Source: an uncultured Candidatus Rokubacteria bacterium
GTDB lineage: Bacteria > Methylomirabilota > Methylomirabilia > Rokubacteriales > CSP1-6
Direction: 5' to 3'
Assembly: GCA_963762145.1 (NCBI GenBank)
Contig: CAVXJS010000021.1
Location: forward strand, 224,001-288,000
DNA: 64,000 bases
The number at the start of each line of letters is the position of its first letter. Position 1 is the stretch's first letter. The translations under genes were made by a program, and so were the position numbers. The notes under the pieces are model-generated. The model saw only the letters and a list, made by a program, of their open reading frames with translations, was not told the DNA's origin and ran no database searches. Below, piece after piece: positions 39,694 through 50,590 of the stretch.

Positions 39694-41526
39694 ATGTTGC
39701 GTCCCGCCTGGCGAGTTGCGCCCTTCGCTCTCGCGCTCGTGACCGCCGTGGTCTTCGCCCCCGTCCTCCGCGGCGGCTTCCTCGACTGGGACGACCCCAT
39801 CAATTTCCTGGAGAACCCCTACTATCGGGGGCTCGGCTGGCCGCAGCTCCGGTGGATGCTGACCGCGAGCGTCATGGGCCACTGGATCCCGGTGACCTGG
39901 CTGACGCTCGGCGCCGACTTCGCGGTGTGGGGCATGAACCCGTTCGGCTATCACCTCACGAATCTCCTGCTGCACGCGGTGAGCGCCGCGCTCTTCTATC
40001 TCGTTGCACAGCGTCTGCTCGGGCTCGCGATGCCGGCGGCCTCGCCCGGCACCGCGAGCCTGGGCGCGGCCGTCGCCGCGCTCTACTTCGCGGTGCATCC
40101 GCTGCGCGTGGAGTCCGTCGCGTGGATCACCGAGCGCCGTGATCTCACGTCGGGCCTGTTCTTTCTCCTCGCGATCCTCGCGTACCTGAAGGCCCACGAG
40201 CGGCCGCCCGCGGTGGCGACGGGCTGGCGCTGGGTCTCGCTCGCCGCCGCGGCGCTGGCGCTGGCCTCCAAGTCCATCGTGATGGGCCTGCCGCTGGTGC
40301 TGCTCATCCTCGATCTCTATCCGCTGGGCCGCCTCGGGCACCGCGTCAGGGACTGGTGGAGCCCCCCGGCCCGGCGGGTCTGGCGCGAGAAAATTCCGTT
40401 CGCGCTCCTCGCGGCCGCGACGGGCGCCGCGGCGTACCTGGTCCAGCGGAACGCCGGCTACCTGACGCCGGCGGATCCGGCCGGGCGGATCGGCATGGTC
40501 GCGTACAACGTCTGGTTCCACGTCTGGAAGACGGTGGCGCCGCTCGACCTCGCCCCCATCTACGAGCTGCCCTCGCGCGTGAATCCGCTCGAGGTGCCCT
40601 ACCTGCTGAGCGCGGCCGGCGCCCTCGCGATCACCGTCGCGGTCTGGCTCCTGCGGCGGCGCTGGCCGGCCGGTCTCGCCATCTGGGCCTTCTACCTGGT
40701 GACGCTGGCGCCGGTGGCCGGAGTCGTCCACACCGGCAATCATCTCGGCGCGGATCGCAACACCTACGTGCCCGGCATGGCGTTCGCCCTGCCGATCGGG
40801 GCGCTGGCGATGGCCATCGTGCTGGCGCGGCGACGGGGTCTGCTGCGCGCCTCCATCGCGGCCATGGCCCTCGCCGCGGTGGCGATGTGGATCGGCGGCC
40901 TCGCGCTCGCGGCCCGGGCCCAGTCCTTCATCTGGCACGACTCGGAAACCCTCTGGCGCTACGCCATCGAGGTCGAGCCCGCCTGCGCCATCTGCCACCA
41001 CAACCTCGGCACCAACGTGGCCCGGCGCGGGGACTGGATCCAGGCGCAGGCGCTCCTCGACCGGGCCATCGCGCTGCGCCCCGACCGGTCGGAGTTCCAG
41101 GGCACCTACGGGCCGATCCTGATCCAGATGGGCCGGCGCGCGGAGGGCGTGGCCAAGCTTCGCTACCGCCTCGACCGGGAGCCGCGCGACGTCACCGCCC
41201 GCGTCAACCTGGCGATCGCCCTCATCGAGGACGGCCAGCCCGGCGAGGCGATCGCCGAGCTCGAGCAGGCGCTTCGCGTCAAATCGGACTCGGTGCCGGC
41301 CCTGACCTCGCTCGGCCGGGCGCTGCTCGCCGAAGGCCGCGCCGAGCCGGCCCAGGCGGCCTTCGAGCGGGCGCTCCGATCCGATCCGGCGGACCCCGTC
41401 GCCCATCTCGGGCTCGCCCGCGCGCACCTCGCGCGCGGCGATCGCGCGGCCGCTCGGGAACAGATCCCGCTCCTGGATCGTCTCGATCCCCGCCTCGCTC
41501 GTATTCTCGAGCAGGAGATCCGGTAG
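39694..41526 (+). CDS. TMTC-like GT-C glycosyltransferase + TPRs (paralog 6)
   Basis: DWDD, GHWIP, HPLRVESVAWITERRD, DRNTY, WHDSETLW, CAICHHNLG, TPRs; TAGACT at 39681 suggests a leaderless start (GTG 39691 or ATG 39694). Confidence 0.85.
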   Translation: MLRPAWRVAPFALALVTAVVFAPVLRGGFLDWDDPINFLENPYYRGLGWPQLRWMLTASVMGHWIPVTWLTLGADFAVWGMNPFGYHLTNLLLHAVSAALFYLVAQRLLGLAMPAASPGTASLGAAVAALYFAVHPLRVESVAWITERRDLTSGLFFLLAILAYLKAHERPPAVATGWRWVSLAAAALALASKSIVMGLPLVLLILDLYPLGRLGHRVRDWWSPPARRVWREKIPFALLAAATGAAAYLVQRNAGYLTPADPAGRIGMVAYNVWFHVWKTVAPLDLAPIYELPSRVNPLEVPYLLSAAGALAITVAVWLLRRRWPAGLAIWAFYLVTLAPVAGVVHTGNHLGADRNTYVPGMAFALPIGALAMAIVLARRRGLLRASIAAMALAAVAMWIGGLALAARAQSFIWHDSETLWRYAIEVEPACAICHHNLGTNVARRGDWIQAQALLDRAIALRPDRSEFQGTYGPILIQMGRRAEGVAKLRYRLDREPRDVTARVNLAIALIEDGQPGEAIAELEQALRVKSDSVPALTSLGRALLAEGRAEPAQAAFERALRSDPADPVAHLGLARAHLARGDRAAAREQIPLLDRLDPRLARILEQEIR

Positions 41527-41591
41527 GCGGACCGCTTTCGGTGTAGACTTCCCCTCGCAGCGACAGCGATTCCCCACATGAGGTCAGCGAC

Positions 41592-43710
41592 ATGACGGCC
41601 AGCTCCAATCCCTCGCGGATCGGCGTGGACATCGGCGGCACCTTCACCGACCTGGTCTGGGTGGACGAGACCACCGGCGCCGTCCGCGTCGGCAAGGTCC
41701 TGACCACCCCGAAGGACCCGTCGCAGGCGGTGGAGGAAGGCGTGGTGACGCTGCTGCACGAGGCGGGCGCCGCCACCACCGCCGTACGCGCGCTGATCCA
41801 CGGCACCACGCTGGTCACCAACGCGCTGATCGAGCGCAAGGGCGCGCGGGCGGGGCTGCTCACGACCGCGGGCTTCCGGGACGCGGTCGAGATCGGGCGG
41901 GAAGGCCGCTACGACATGTACGATCTCTTCATCGACCCGCCGGTGCCGCTCGTGCCGCGCCAGCTCCGCGTGCGAGGTGTCCGAGCGCGTGCAGGCCGAC
42001 GGATCCGTCCTCCGGCCGCTCGACCTGGCCCAGGCGCGTGCCGCGGTGGCCGAGCTCGGCGCCCTGGGGGTGGAGGCCATCGCGGTCTGCCTGCTCCACG
42101 CCTACCGCAACCCGGCGCACGAGCGGGCGCTCGCCCGGCTCTGCGCCGAGCTCGCCCCCGGCGTCCCGGTGTCGCTGCTCCTCCGATGTGGTGCCCGAGA
42201 TCCGCGAGTACGAGCGCACCTCGACGACCACCGCCAACGTGTACGTGATGCCGCTGATGTCGCGGTATCTCGACGATCTCGAGCGCAAGCTGCCAGGGGC
42301 TCGGCGTCCCGGGCCGGCTGTACGTCATGCTGTCGGCCGGCGGCATCGCGACGCCCGAGACCGCCAAGCGCGTGCCGATCCGGCTCGTGGAATCGGGGCC
42401 GGCGGCGGGCGCGCTCGCGGCGGCGCGCTACGGCCCGCCGAGTCGGCATGGACCGCGTGCTGTCCTTCGACATGGGCGGCACCACCGCCAAGGCCTGCGT
42501 CATCGACCGGGGCGAGCCGCTGCTCGCGCGCGAGTTCGAGGTCGCGCGGGCGTATCGGTTCAAGAAGGGCTGGGGCCTGCCGATCCGCGTTCCGGTCGTG
42601 GAGCTGATCGAGATCGGCGCGGGCGGCGGCTCCATCGCCCGGGTCGACCGCTGGGCCTGCTCAAGGTCGGCCCGGACAGCGCCGGGGCGGATCCGGGCCC
42701 GGCCTGCTACGGGCTGGGCGGCCGCGAGCCCACCGTCACCGACGCCGACCTGCTCCTGGGTTATCTCGACGCCGAGTTCTTCCTGGGCGGCCGCATGCGG
42801 CTCGACGTGGAGGCCGCCCGGCGAGCCGTCGAGGAGCGCGTGGCCCGGCCGATGGGCCTCGAGCTGATCGACGCGGCCTGGGGCATTCACCGCGTGGTCA
42901 ACGAGAACATGGCGGGCGCCGCGCGCGTCCACGCCATCGAGCGCGGCAAGGACCTGCGCGGCTATCCGCTCTTCGCGTTCGGCGGCGCGGGACCGGTGCA
43001 CGCCTGGGAGGTGGGCCGCATCCTGCGCGTGCCGCGCGTGCTCGTGCCGTTCGGGGCGGGCGCGCTCTCGGCCTACGGGCTCCTGGCCGCGCCACTCGCC
43101 TTCGACTTCGTGCGCACCGCGCCGCAGCGCATGGCCGCGGCGGACTGGGCGCAGATCAACCGGCTCTTCGACGAGATGGAAGCGGAAGGCCGCCGCATCG
43201 TGCGCGGCGCCGGCGTGGCCGAGCGGGACATCAGCGTGCGCCGCACCGCCGAGATGCGCTACCTGGGCCAGGGCCACGAGGTGGACGTGGAGATTCCGGC
43301 CGGTCCGCTCGGGCCCGAGAGCCTGAGCGCGATCACCGCCGCGTTCGAGGCAGCCTATCGCCTCCTCTATAGCCGCACGCCCGCAGGGCGGTGCCGCTGG
43401 AGGCGCTCAACTGGCGCGCCGTCGTCTCCGGCCCGCGCCCGGATCTCACCATCAGCGGCGGGATGGCAGCCCGGCGCAGCCGTCACGCCCGGCCCCAAGA
43501 AGCACCGGGCCGCCTACTTTCCGGAGGCCCGTGGCTACGTCGAGACCCCGGTGTACGACCGCTACGCGCTGGGCCCGGGCGTGCGCCTCGCGGGGCCGGC
43601 CATCGTCGAGGAGCGCGAGTCCACCGCCGTCATCGGCCCGGGGGCGGTGATCACGGTGGACGACCACCGTACGCTCATCGCCGAGCCGGCGAGCCACGGA
43701 GGTGCGGTGA
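41592..43710 (+). CDS. Hydantoinase/oxoprolinase subunit A (multiple frameshifts)
   Basis: IGVDIGGTFTD, IHGTT, EYERTSTT, ESGPAAG, FDMGGTT, IGAGGGSIA, VGP.SAGADPGPACYG, PTVTDA, FGGAGP, RY.GQ across ORFs 41592, 41977, 42038, 42327 and 43391. Confidence 0.85.
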
Positions 43711-45347
43711 TGGATCCGATCACGCTCGACATCTGCTGGAACCGGCTGATCGGGGTGGTCAACGAGCAGGCGGCCGCGCTCGATGCGCACCTCGTTCACC
43801 TCGATCGTGCGCGAGGCGGGCGACCTCTCGGCCGGCGTCTTCGACCGGCGCGGCTACATGATCGCCCAGGCGGTCACCGGCACGCCCGGGCACATCAACT
43901 CGATGGCACCTGCCATGAAGCACTTCCTGGCCGCGTACCCGATCGAGCCGCTGCGGCCGGGCGACGTGCTGATCACCAACGACCCCTGGAAGACCTCCGG
44001 GCATCTCAACGACGTCACGGTCGTGCACTCCGGTCTTCCGCGGGCCGGACTGCGTCGCGTTCTTCGGCATCCACCTGCCACAGCGCCGACATCGGCGGCC
44101 GCGTGCTCTCGCGCGGAGGCCCGCGAGGTGTACGAGGAAGGCCTGTTCATCCCGATCATGAAGCTGTACGACGCGGCGGCCGGCTCGACGACTCGCTCGC
44201 CGCGATCATCCGCGCCAACGTGCGCGTCGCCCGACGAGGTGCTGGGCGACTTCCACGCGCAGGTCGCGGGCGGCAACCGTCGGCGGGCGAGCGCCTGCTC
44301 GAGTTCATGGACGAGTTCGGCCTCGAGCGGCATCGAGCCGCTCGCCGACGAGATCATCTCCCGCACCGAGCGCGGCCATGCGCGAGGCGATCGCCGCGCT
44401 TCGGCCGACGGCGACTACCGGTACTGCATCACCTCGGACGGCTTCGACGAGCCGATCACGCATCGCGGTCGCGGTGCGCGATCGAGGGCGACGATCTCGC
44501 TGGTGGACTACACGGGCTCCTCGCCCGCCAGCCGGCGCGGGCATCAACGTCGTGATGAACTACACCGACGGCCTACACGACCTACGGGGTCAAGGTCATC
44601 GTGAGCCCCGACGTGCCCAACAACGAGGGCGCCTTCCGGGTCCTTCGCATCACCGCGCCCGAGGGCTCCATCCTGAACGTGCAGCCTCCCGCGCCGGTCG
44701 CGGCCCGTCACATCGTCGGCCACTTCCTGCCCCACGCGGTGGCGGGCGCCCTCAAGGAGGCGCTGCCCGATCGGGTGATGGCCGAGGGCTCCGCGAACAT
44801 CTGGGGTCTCCAGCTCACCGGCAAGAACCCCGACCGCACGCCCTGGGTCTACACGTTCTTCAGCTCGGGCGGCACCGGGGCGCGACCCCAGCAGGACGGG
44901 CTGTCGGCGACCGCGTTCCCGTCGGGCGTGCTCGGCACCCCGGTGGAGGTCGTCGAGTCGCTCGCCCCGCTGCTGATCGAGCGCAAGGCTCTCCGGGGCG
45001 GCTCGGGCGGCGACGGGCGCCAGCGCGGCGGCCTCGGCCAGGTGATCGCCTTCCGGGTCCGCTCCGACGAGCCGGCCACGTGCTCGGTCCTCTGCGATCG
45101 CACGCAGACCCCGGCGCAGGGATTCTTCGGCGGCCGACCCGGCATGACCGGGCAGGTGCTGATCAACGGTCGCGCGCCCGCCAATCCGAAGGCCGAGCAG
45201 ACGCTGCGCCCGGGCGATCTGGTCGAGATCCTGCTGCCGGGCGGCGGCGGCTACGGCGATCCCGCGGAGCGGGATCCGGCCCTCCGCGCGCGAGACCTGC
45301 AGCAAGGCTACGTCCTGGGCGCGGAGCGAGGGATCGCGGCGGGCTGA
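43710..45347 (+). CDS. Hydantoinase B/oxoprolinase subunit B (many frameshifts)
   Basis: GGAGG RBS + MDPITL; RTSFTSIVRE..D, TNDPW..GHLND, EEGL.IP, PNNEG, GGTGA, TPVEV.E, GGGGYGDP. Confidence 0.85.
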
Positions 45348-45375
45348 TCCCGCTCGCCCCCGGTAGCCTGCCCGC

Positions 45376-47277
45376 TCAGTCGCGCCGAGCGGGGTCGCGC
45401 GGCGAGGTCTTGCCGAGCCGTTGCGCGGCGCGGGCGAGCTCGGCCGCGAGGGCAGGATCGAGCGGGCCGGCCCCCTGCAGCCGCGCGACGTAGCGCTCCC
45501 AGGCCGCCCGGGCGCGCGCGGGATCCCGCCCCGCGGTCACCTCCGCGGTGACCCGGTCCGCGAGCGGCAGCTCCGGGCTCATGAGCCGGACCAGCGCGAG
45601 CGCGCGCTCGAGCTGCGCCTCGGCCGGCTCCGCCTGACCGACCCACGCGAGCGCGAGGGCGCGGTTCAGCGCCGCGTGGACCTGGTTGGGCTTGGTCCGG
45701 AGCGATTCGGTGAGCTCGGGCAGCGCCAGCGCCGGCTCGCCGCGCTGGAGGTACAGCGCGCCCAGCGACGCCAGCACGTCCGCGTTCCCCGGCGCGAGCG
45801 CGCGCGCCTCGAGCCCGTGCCGGAGCCCCGCCTCGCGCTCCCCGAGGATGGTCTCGGTAAGTCCGAGCCCCGCGTTCGCCCTCGGGCTCCCGGGCGCGAG
45901 GCGCACCGCCTCGCGCAGGTGCTGGTTGGCCGGGCCGATCTCGCCACGGGCGAGCTGGGTGAACGCCAGGTTGAGGTGGGGCATCGCGGCGGCCGGCTCG
46001 GTCTCGACCATCCGCGAGTAGAGCCGGTACTCATCGCGCCAGTCCTCGTTACGCCAGAGGGTGAGGACCGCGTAGGCGAGCAGGACCGCCGCGAGGCCGA
46101 GGGACGGGATCGGGCGGATCTGAGTGGTACGGCCCCACGCCAGCGGGCCGAGCAGGCGGCCCGCGCCCCAGCCGAGGGCGAGAGAGAAGCCCACCGTGGG
46201 GAGGTAGAGGAAGCGCTCCGCCATGACCGCGCTCGGCAGGGGCAGCAGGTTCACCGCGATGGACGGCGCGAGCGTGATCCAGAACCAGAGCGCGCCGAAC
46301 CCGGCGGCGGGCGCTCGGCGAGCCGCCCAGATCGTCGCACCTAGCATGGCCATCAGACCGGCCAGCGCCAGCCACCACCCCAGGTCCGGCGGCACGGTCT
46401 CGGGGGCGATCGCATGGTAGGGACGGGTGGGATACGGAACGATCGTGAGCCAGGCGTACGCGGCCACGATCCGGACGGTGGTCAGGATCCGTTCGAGAAG
46501 GGAGCCCCACGCCTCTCCGCCGGGCTCGAGCCCGGCGAGCGCGAAGACGCGCAGGCCGAGATACAGCGCGGTGACCGCACCGTACGCGGCATAGCGACCG
46601 GCCGCCCGCCACGCGGCCCCACGGTCCCGCAGGTCGCCACGAACGAGCCCGTCCCAGAGCGCCAGCACGACCGGCAGCGTGATCGCCACTTCCTTGGCGA
46701 GTAGCGCGAGCAGGTAGGCCGCGAGCGACCACGCCAGCGGCCCCCACCGCTCTCGCGCGCGGCTCCGGTCGTAGGCGAGCAGGGCCAGCAGGAAGAAGAA
46801 GGTGGCGACGACGTCGGTCCGGCCCGAGACGAAGCTCACCGATTCCGTGTGGAGCGGGTGCAGTGCGAACACGAGCGCGCAGATCGCGACGGCGGGTCCG
46901 CCGCCCAGGGCCAGCCGCGCCACCGCGAGCACCGCCACGGTCACCGCCGCGTGAGCGATGACGTTCGTGAGATGGAACCCGAGCGGGTGGAGTCCCCAGA
47001 TCTGCACGTCCAGGAAGAAGGTCAACGTGATCAGGGGCCGATAGTAGCGACTCGCTTCCCCGACCTCGGCCCAGAAGTGCGAGGAGAGCAACGAGGGCAG
47101 CGCCTGCCAGTGATGCAGGCGCCAGCTCTGCTGGATGAGGAGCGTGTCGTCCCAGACGAGATCGTACCCGAGCGTCGCGGCGTAAGCGGCCACGGCCACG
47201 AGAGCCACGAACGCGGAGACCGCGAGCCGGCCCGGCGTGGCCCGCGACGGATCTGGGGGTGCGGAGGCCCCGGTCAT
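45376..47277 (-). CDS. TMTC-like GT-C glycosyltransferase + TPRs (paralog 7, canonical type)
   Basis: VWDD, YYRPL, FHLTNV..H, HPLHTESVSFVSGR.D, LLAKE, MAERFLYLP, RNEDWRDE, TPRs. Confidence 0.88.
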   Translation of the reverse strand: MTGASAPPDPSRATPGRLAVSAFVALVAVAAYAATLGYDLVWDDTLLIQQSWRLHHWQALPSLLSSHFWAEVGEASRYYRPLITLTFFLDVQIWGLHPLGFHLTNVIAHAAVTVAVLAVARLALGGGPAVAICALVFALHPLHTESVSFVSGRTDVVATFFFLLALLAYDRSRARERWGPLAWSLAAYLLALLAKEVAITLPVVLALWDGLVRGDLRDRGAAWRAAGRYAAYGAVTALYLGLRVFALAGLEPGGEAWGSLLERILTTVRIVAAYAWLTIVPYPTRPYHAIAPETVPPDLGWWLALAGLMAMLGATIWAARRAPAAGFGALWFWITLAPSIAVNLLPLPSAVMAERFLYLPTVGFSLALGWGAGRLLGPLAWGRTTQIRPIPSLGLAAVLLAYAVLTLWRNEDWRDEYRLYSRMVETEPAAAMPHLNLAFTQLARGEIGPANQHLREAVRLAPGSPRANAGLGLTETILGEREAGLRHGLEARALAPGNADVLASLGALYLQRGEPALALPELTESLRTKPNQVHAALNRALALAWVGQAEPAEAQLERALALVRLMSPELPLADRVTAEVTAGRDPARARAAWERYVARLQGAGPLDPALAAELARAAQRLGKTSPRDPARRD

Positions 47278-47353
47278 ACACGATCAGGTTCTCACGACCG
47301 CAATTCACGCCCGGGCTGTATTCCACCGCCGCCCGGGAGGGTCCACGGCGCTG

Positions 47354-47362
47354 TGCTAGAAT
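47354..47362 (+). promoter_or_regulatory. Extended -10 promoter of the second ABC operon
   Basis: TGCTAGAAT, same sequence as before purE; AAGGAG RBS before ATG 47436. Confidence 0.55.
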
Positions 47363-47435
47363 CCCGCCAGTCGTCGCCCCCGGTCAGTGCCGACCTCGTA
47401 GGCTCAACCAGACGAAGAGGAAGGAGCTCTCGACC

Positions 47436-48728
47436 ATGAAGGCACCTCGGCTCCGCGCGCTCACCGGCCTGCTCGCCGCCCTCCTGATCGGCCCGCTCGC
47501 GGGCTCCGTCGAGGCCCAGGCGCCGCGCGAGATCGTGATCGGCGTCATCTACCCGCTGAGCGGCAACCTCGCCCAGATCGGCATCGACTCGGTCACCGCG
47601 ATCCGGATGGCGACCGACATCTACAACGGTCGGTCCGAGCTGAACCTGCCATCGGCCCGGAAGGCCACCGACGGGCTGCCCGGTCTCGGGGGCGCCCGGG
47701 TCCGCCTCGTCGTCGTCGATCATCAGGGCAAGCCCGAGCTGGGCCAGGCGGAAGCGGAGCGGCTGATCACCCAGGAGAAGGTCAGCGCGCTGATCGGCTG
47801 CGTGCACTCGAGCGTCACCGCCACCGCGAGCCAGGTGGCCGAGCGGTACGGGGTACCGTTCATGAACGGGGAGTCGTCCTCGCCCACCCTCACCGAGCGC
47901 GGATTCAAGTGGTTCTTCCGCACCTCGCCGCACGACGGCCACTTCAGCCAGGCGATGTTCGACTTCATCGGAGACTTCGAGAAGAAGCGCGGCGTCAAGG
48001 TGAAGACGCTCGGAATCCTGCACGAGGACACGCTCTTCGGCGCCGACTCCGCCAAGGTGCAGGACGACCTCGCCAGGCGCGGCGGCTACGAGGTCGTCGC
48101 CAAACTGGCCTACCGTTCGCGCACGACGAGCCTCGACGCGGAGGTGACGCGCCTGAAGGCGGCCAACCCGGACGTCTTCCTGCCGACGTCCTACACCACC
48201 GACGCGACGCTGTACGTCAAGACCGCCAAGACGCTCGACTACGTCCCGAAGATGCTCATCGCCCAGAACGCGGGCTGGGTGGATCCCGCCTTCGTCCAGG
48301 AGATGCGCGCGGACATCGAGGGCCACATCACCCGATCCCCCTTCGCGCTCGATCTCCAGGCGAAGAAGCCGCTGATCCGCGAGGTCAACGAGCTCTTCAA
48401 GAAACAGAAGGACAACCCGGGCGGGCGTGACATCTCGGAGGCTCCGACCCGTGCCCTCACCGCGTTCACCGTGCTCATGGACGCCATCAATCGCGCCCGA
48501 TCCACCGGACCCGAGGAGATCCGGAAGGCGCTCGCGGCCGCCAACGTGCCGGCCGATCAGCTCCTCATGCCCTGGACCGGCGTCCGGTTCGACGAGAGAG
48601 GCCAGAACACGGGCGTGCGCGCGATTCTCCAGCAGATCCAGAAGGGAGCGTACGCGACGGTCTACCCCTTCGACCTCGCGGCGGCCGACGTGATCTACCC
48701 GCTCCCCGGCTACCGGGAAAAGAAGTAG
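47436..48728 (+). CDS. ABC transporter substrate-binding protein (LivK/Peripla_BP_6 family)
   Basis: Signal peptide ending AQA; IGVIYPLSG, DHQGKPE, SSPTLTERG.KWFFR. Confidence 0.88.
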   Translation: MKAPRLRALTGLLAALLIGPLAGSVEAQAPREIVIGVIYPLSGNLAQIGIDSVTAIRMATDIYNGRSELNLPSARKATDGLPGLGGARVRLVVVDHQGKPELGQAEAERLITQEKVSALIGCVHSSVTATASQVAERYGVPFMNGESSSPTLTERGFKWFFRTSPHDGHFSQAMFDFIGDFEKKRGVKVKTLGILHEDTLFGADSAKVQDDLARRGGYEVVAKLAYRSRTTSLDAEVTRLKAANPDVFLPTSYTTDATLYVKTAKTLDYVPKMLIAQNAGWVDPAFVQEMRADIEGHITRSPFALDLQAKKPLIREVNELFKKQKDNPGGRDISEAPTRALTAFTVLMDAINRARSTGPEEIRKALAAANVPADQLLMPWTGVRFDERGQNTGVRAILQQIQKGAYATVYPFDLAAADVIYPLPGYREKK

Positions 48729-48752
48729 ACCGGTCCCGGTCGCCCGGTCGCC

Positions 48753-49619
48753 ATGACCGCCGAGGTCCTCCTGCAGGGCATCGTCAGCGGTCTGCTCATG
48801 GGCCTCGTCTACGCGCTGATCGCGGCCGGACTCTCGCTGATCTTCGGGCTGATGGAGATCGTCAACTTCGCTCACGGCGAGTTCCTGATGGTCGCCATGT
48901 TCACGAGCTACTGGGCGTGGGCGCTCTGGCGTCTCGATCCGCTCGTCTCGCTGCCCCTCACCGTCTGCCTGCTCTTCGCGCTCGGGGCCGCGACCTACTG
49001 GGGCCTGATCCGCTGGATCCTCGACGCCCCGATGCTGGCCCAGATCTTCGCCACCTTCGGGCTCGCGGTGTTCCTGCGCTCCGCGGCCCAGGCCCTCTGG
49101 GGCGTGGACTTCCTGGTGGTCAAGAACCCCCTCGTCGAGGGCCGGATCTCGGTGAGCGGGCTCTTCCTGGGCCTGCCGCAGCTCGTGGCCAGCGCGGGCT
49201 CTCTCGCCGCCTTCGCGGGGCTGCACTGGTTCATCAGCCGCACCGAGACCGGCCTCGCGCTGCAGGCGACCGCCCAGGACCGGCAGGCCGCTTCGCTGAT
49301 GGGCATCGACACCCAGCGCATGTTCGCGCTGGGCTGGGGCATCGGGGCCGGCTGCGTGGGCGTGGCGGGGGCGCTGCTCTCGATGTTCTTCTACATCTTC
49401 CCCGAGGTGGGCGCCACCTTCGCCCTGCTCGCCTACGTGACGGTGGCGCTCGGCGGCTTCGGCAACGTGCCGGGGACGCTGGTGGCCGGGGTGGTCGTGG
49501 GCCTGGTGGAGGTCCTGGGAGGCCTGCTGATCGCGCCCGCCCTCAAGTACGCGGTGGTCTTCGCGATCTATCTCGTCGTCGTCCTCTGGCGGCCTCAGGG
49601 CCTCTTCGGCCGCTTCTGA
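48753..49619 (+). CDS. livH: Branched-chain amino acid ABC permease (LivH-type)
   Basis: GLSLIFG...IVNFAHG, A.LMGID, LGGFGN, WRPQGLFG. Confidence 0.88.
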   Translation: MTAEVLLQGIVSGLLMGLVYALIAAGLSLIFGLMEIVNFAHGEFLMVAMFTSYWAWALWRLDPLVSLPLTVCLLFALGAATYWGLIRWILDAPMLAQIFATFGLAVFLRSAAQALWGVDFLVVKNPLVEGRISVSGLFLGLPQLVASAGSLAAFAGLHWFISRTETGLALQATAQDRQAASLMGIDTQRMFALGWGIGAGCVGVAGALLSMFFYIFPEVGATFALLAYVTVALGGFGNVPGTLVAGVVVGLVEVLGGLLIAPALKYAVVFAIYLVVVLWRPQGLFGRF

Positions 49620-50590
49620 TGCGATCGCGCCTCGGCCCCCTCGCGGCCTGGGTGTTGCTGGGAGCGGCGCTCGCTTTCCCGCTCGTGTTCACGCTGCCGT
49701 ATCCGCGCGACGTGATGATCCGGATCTTCCTCTACGCGATGCTCGCCACCGCCTGGAACCTGCTCGCGGGCTACTGCGGCCAGATCTCGCTCGGCCACGC
49801 GGTGTTCTTCGGCACCGGAGCCTACACGTCCACCGTGCTGCTCCGGCAGGACTGGCTCGGCGTCTGGGCGAGCCCGTGGATCGGCATGGCGCTGGGTGCG
49901 CTCCTCGCCGCGCTGCTCTCGCAGGTCATCGGCTTTCCGGTGTTCCGGCTGCGCGGGCACTACTTCGCGATCGCCACCATCGCGGTGGGAGAGATCGTGC
50001 AGACCATCGTGATCAACTGGGACGCGGTCGGCGGCGCGCGCGGCCTCTTCGTGCCGATCAAGCGGCCCGACTCGTTCCTCAACTTTCAGTTCCACGAGAG
50101 CAAGCAGACCTACTACTACATCGCGCTCGCCCTGCTCGTGCTGGCGGTCGGGATCAGCCGGTCGATCGTCCACTCCCGCACCGGCTACTACTTCCGCGCC
50201 ATCCGGGAGGACCAGGACGCGGCCGCCGCGCTCGGGATCCCGGTGGCCCGCTACAAGCAGCGCGCGATGGCGATCTCGGCGGCCCTGACCGCGCTGGGCG
50301 GGACGTTCTACGCCCAGTACGTCTTGTTCATCGACCCCGAGTCGGTGCTTCCGCTGTCCCTCTCGATCCTCGTCTGCCTGGTGGCGGTGCTGGGCGGGGT
50401 CGGCACGCTGTGGGGCCCCATCCTCGGCGCCGCCATCCTGGTCCCGCTGGGTGAGGTCACGCGGGTCCAGTTCGGCGGCACCGGCAAGGCCCTCGACCTG
50501 GTCATCTACGGGCTGCTGATCATGATCGTCTCGGTGGTGCAGCCCGGCGGCATCATGGCTCTGCTCGAGCGCGGGTCCCGCCGCTCGTGA
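49619..50590 (+). CDS. livM: Branched-chain amino acid ABC permease (LivM-type)
   Basis: WNLLAGYCGQISLGH, RLRGHYFAIAT, RAIREDQDAA, LGGVGTLWGP. Confidence 0.88.
   Translation: MRSRLGPLAAWVLLGAALAFPLVFTLPYPRDVMIRIFLYAMLATAWNLLAGYCGQISLGHAVFFGTGAYTSTVLLRQDWLGVWASPWIGMALGALLAALLSQVIGFPVFRLRGHYFAIATIAVGEIVQTIVINWDAVGGARGLFVPIKRPDSFLNFQFHESKQTYYYIALALLVLAVGISRSIVHSRTGYYFRAIREDQDAAAALGIPVARYKQRAMAISAALTALGGTFYAQYVLFIDPESVLPLSLSILVCLVAVLGGVGTLWGPILGAAILVPLGEVTRVQFGGTGKALDLVIYGLLIMIVSVVQPGGIMALLERGSRRS

Noticed and set aside
42327-44555. Hydantoinase A-B read-through resembling a fused 5-oxoprolinase
   Set aside because: A GGAGG RBS and TGATG overlap at 43708-43712 fit two genes, and this region is full of indels; cannot be settled without reads
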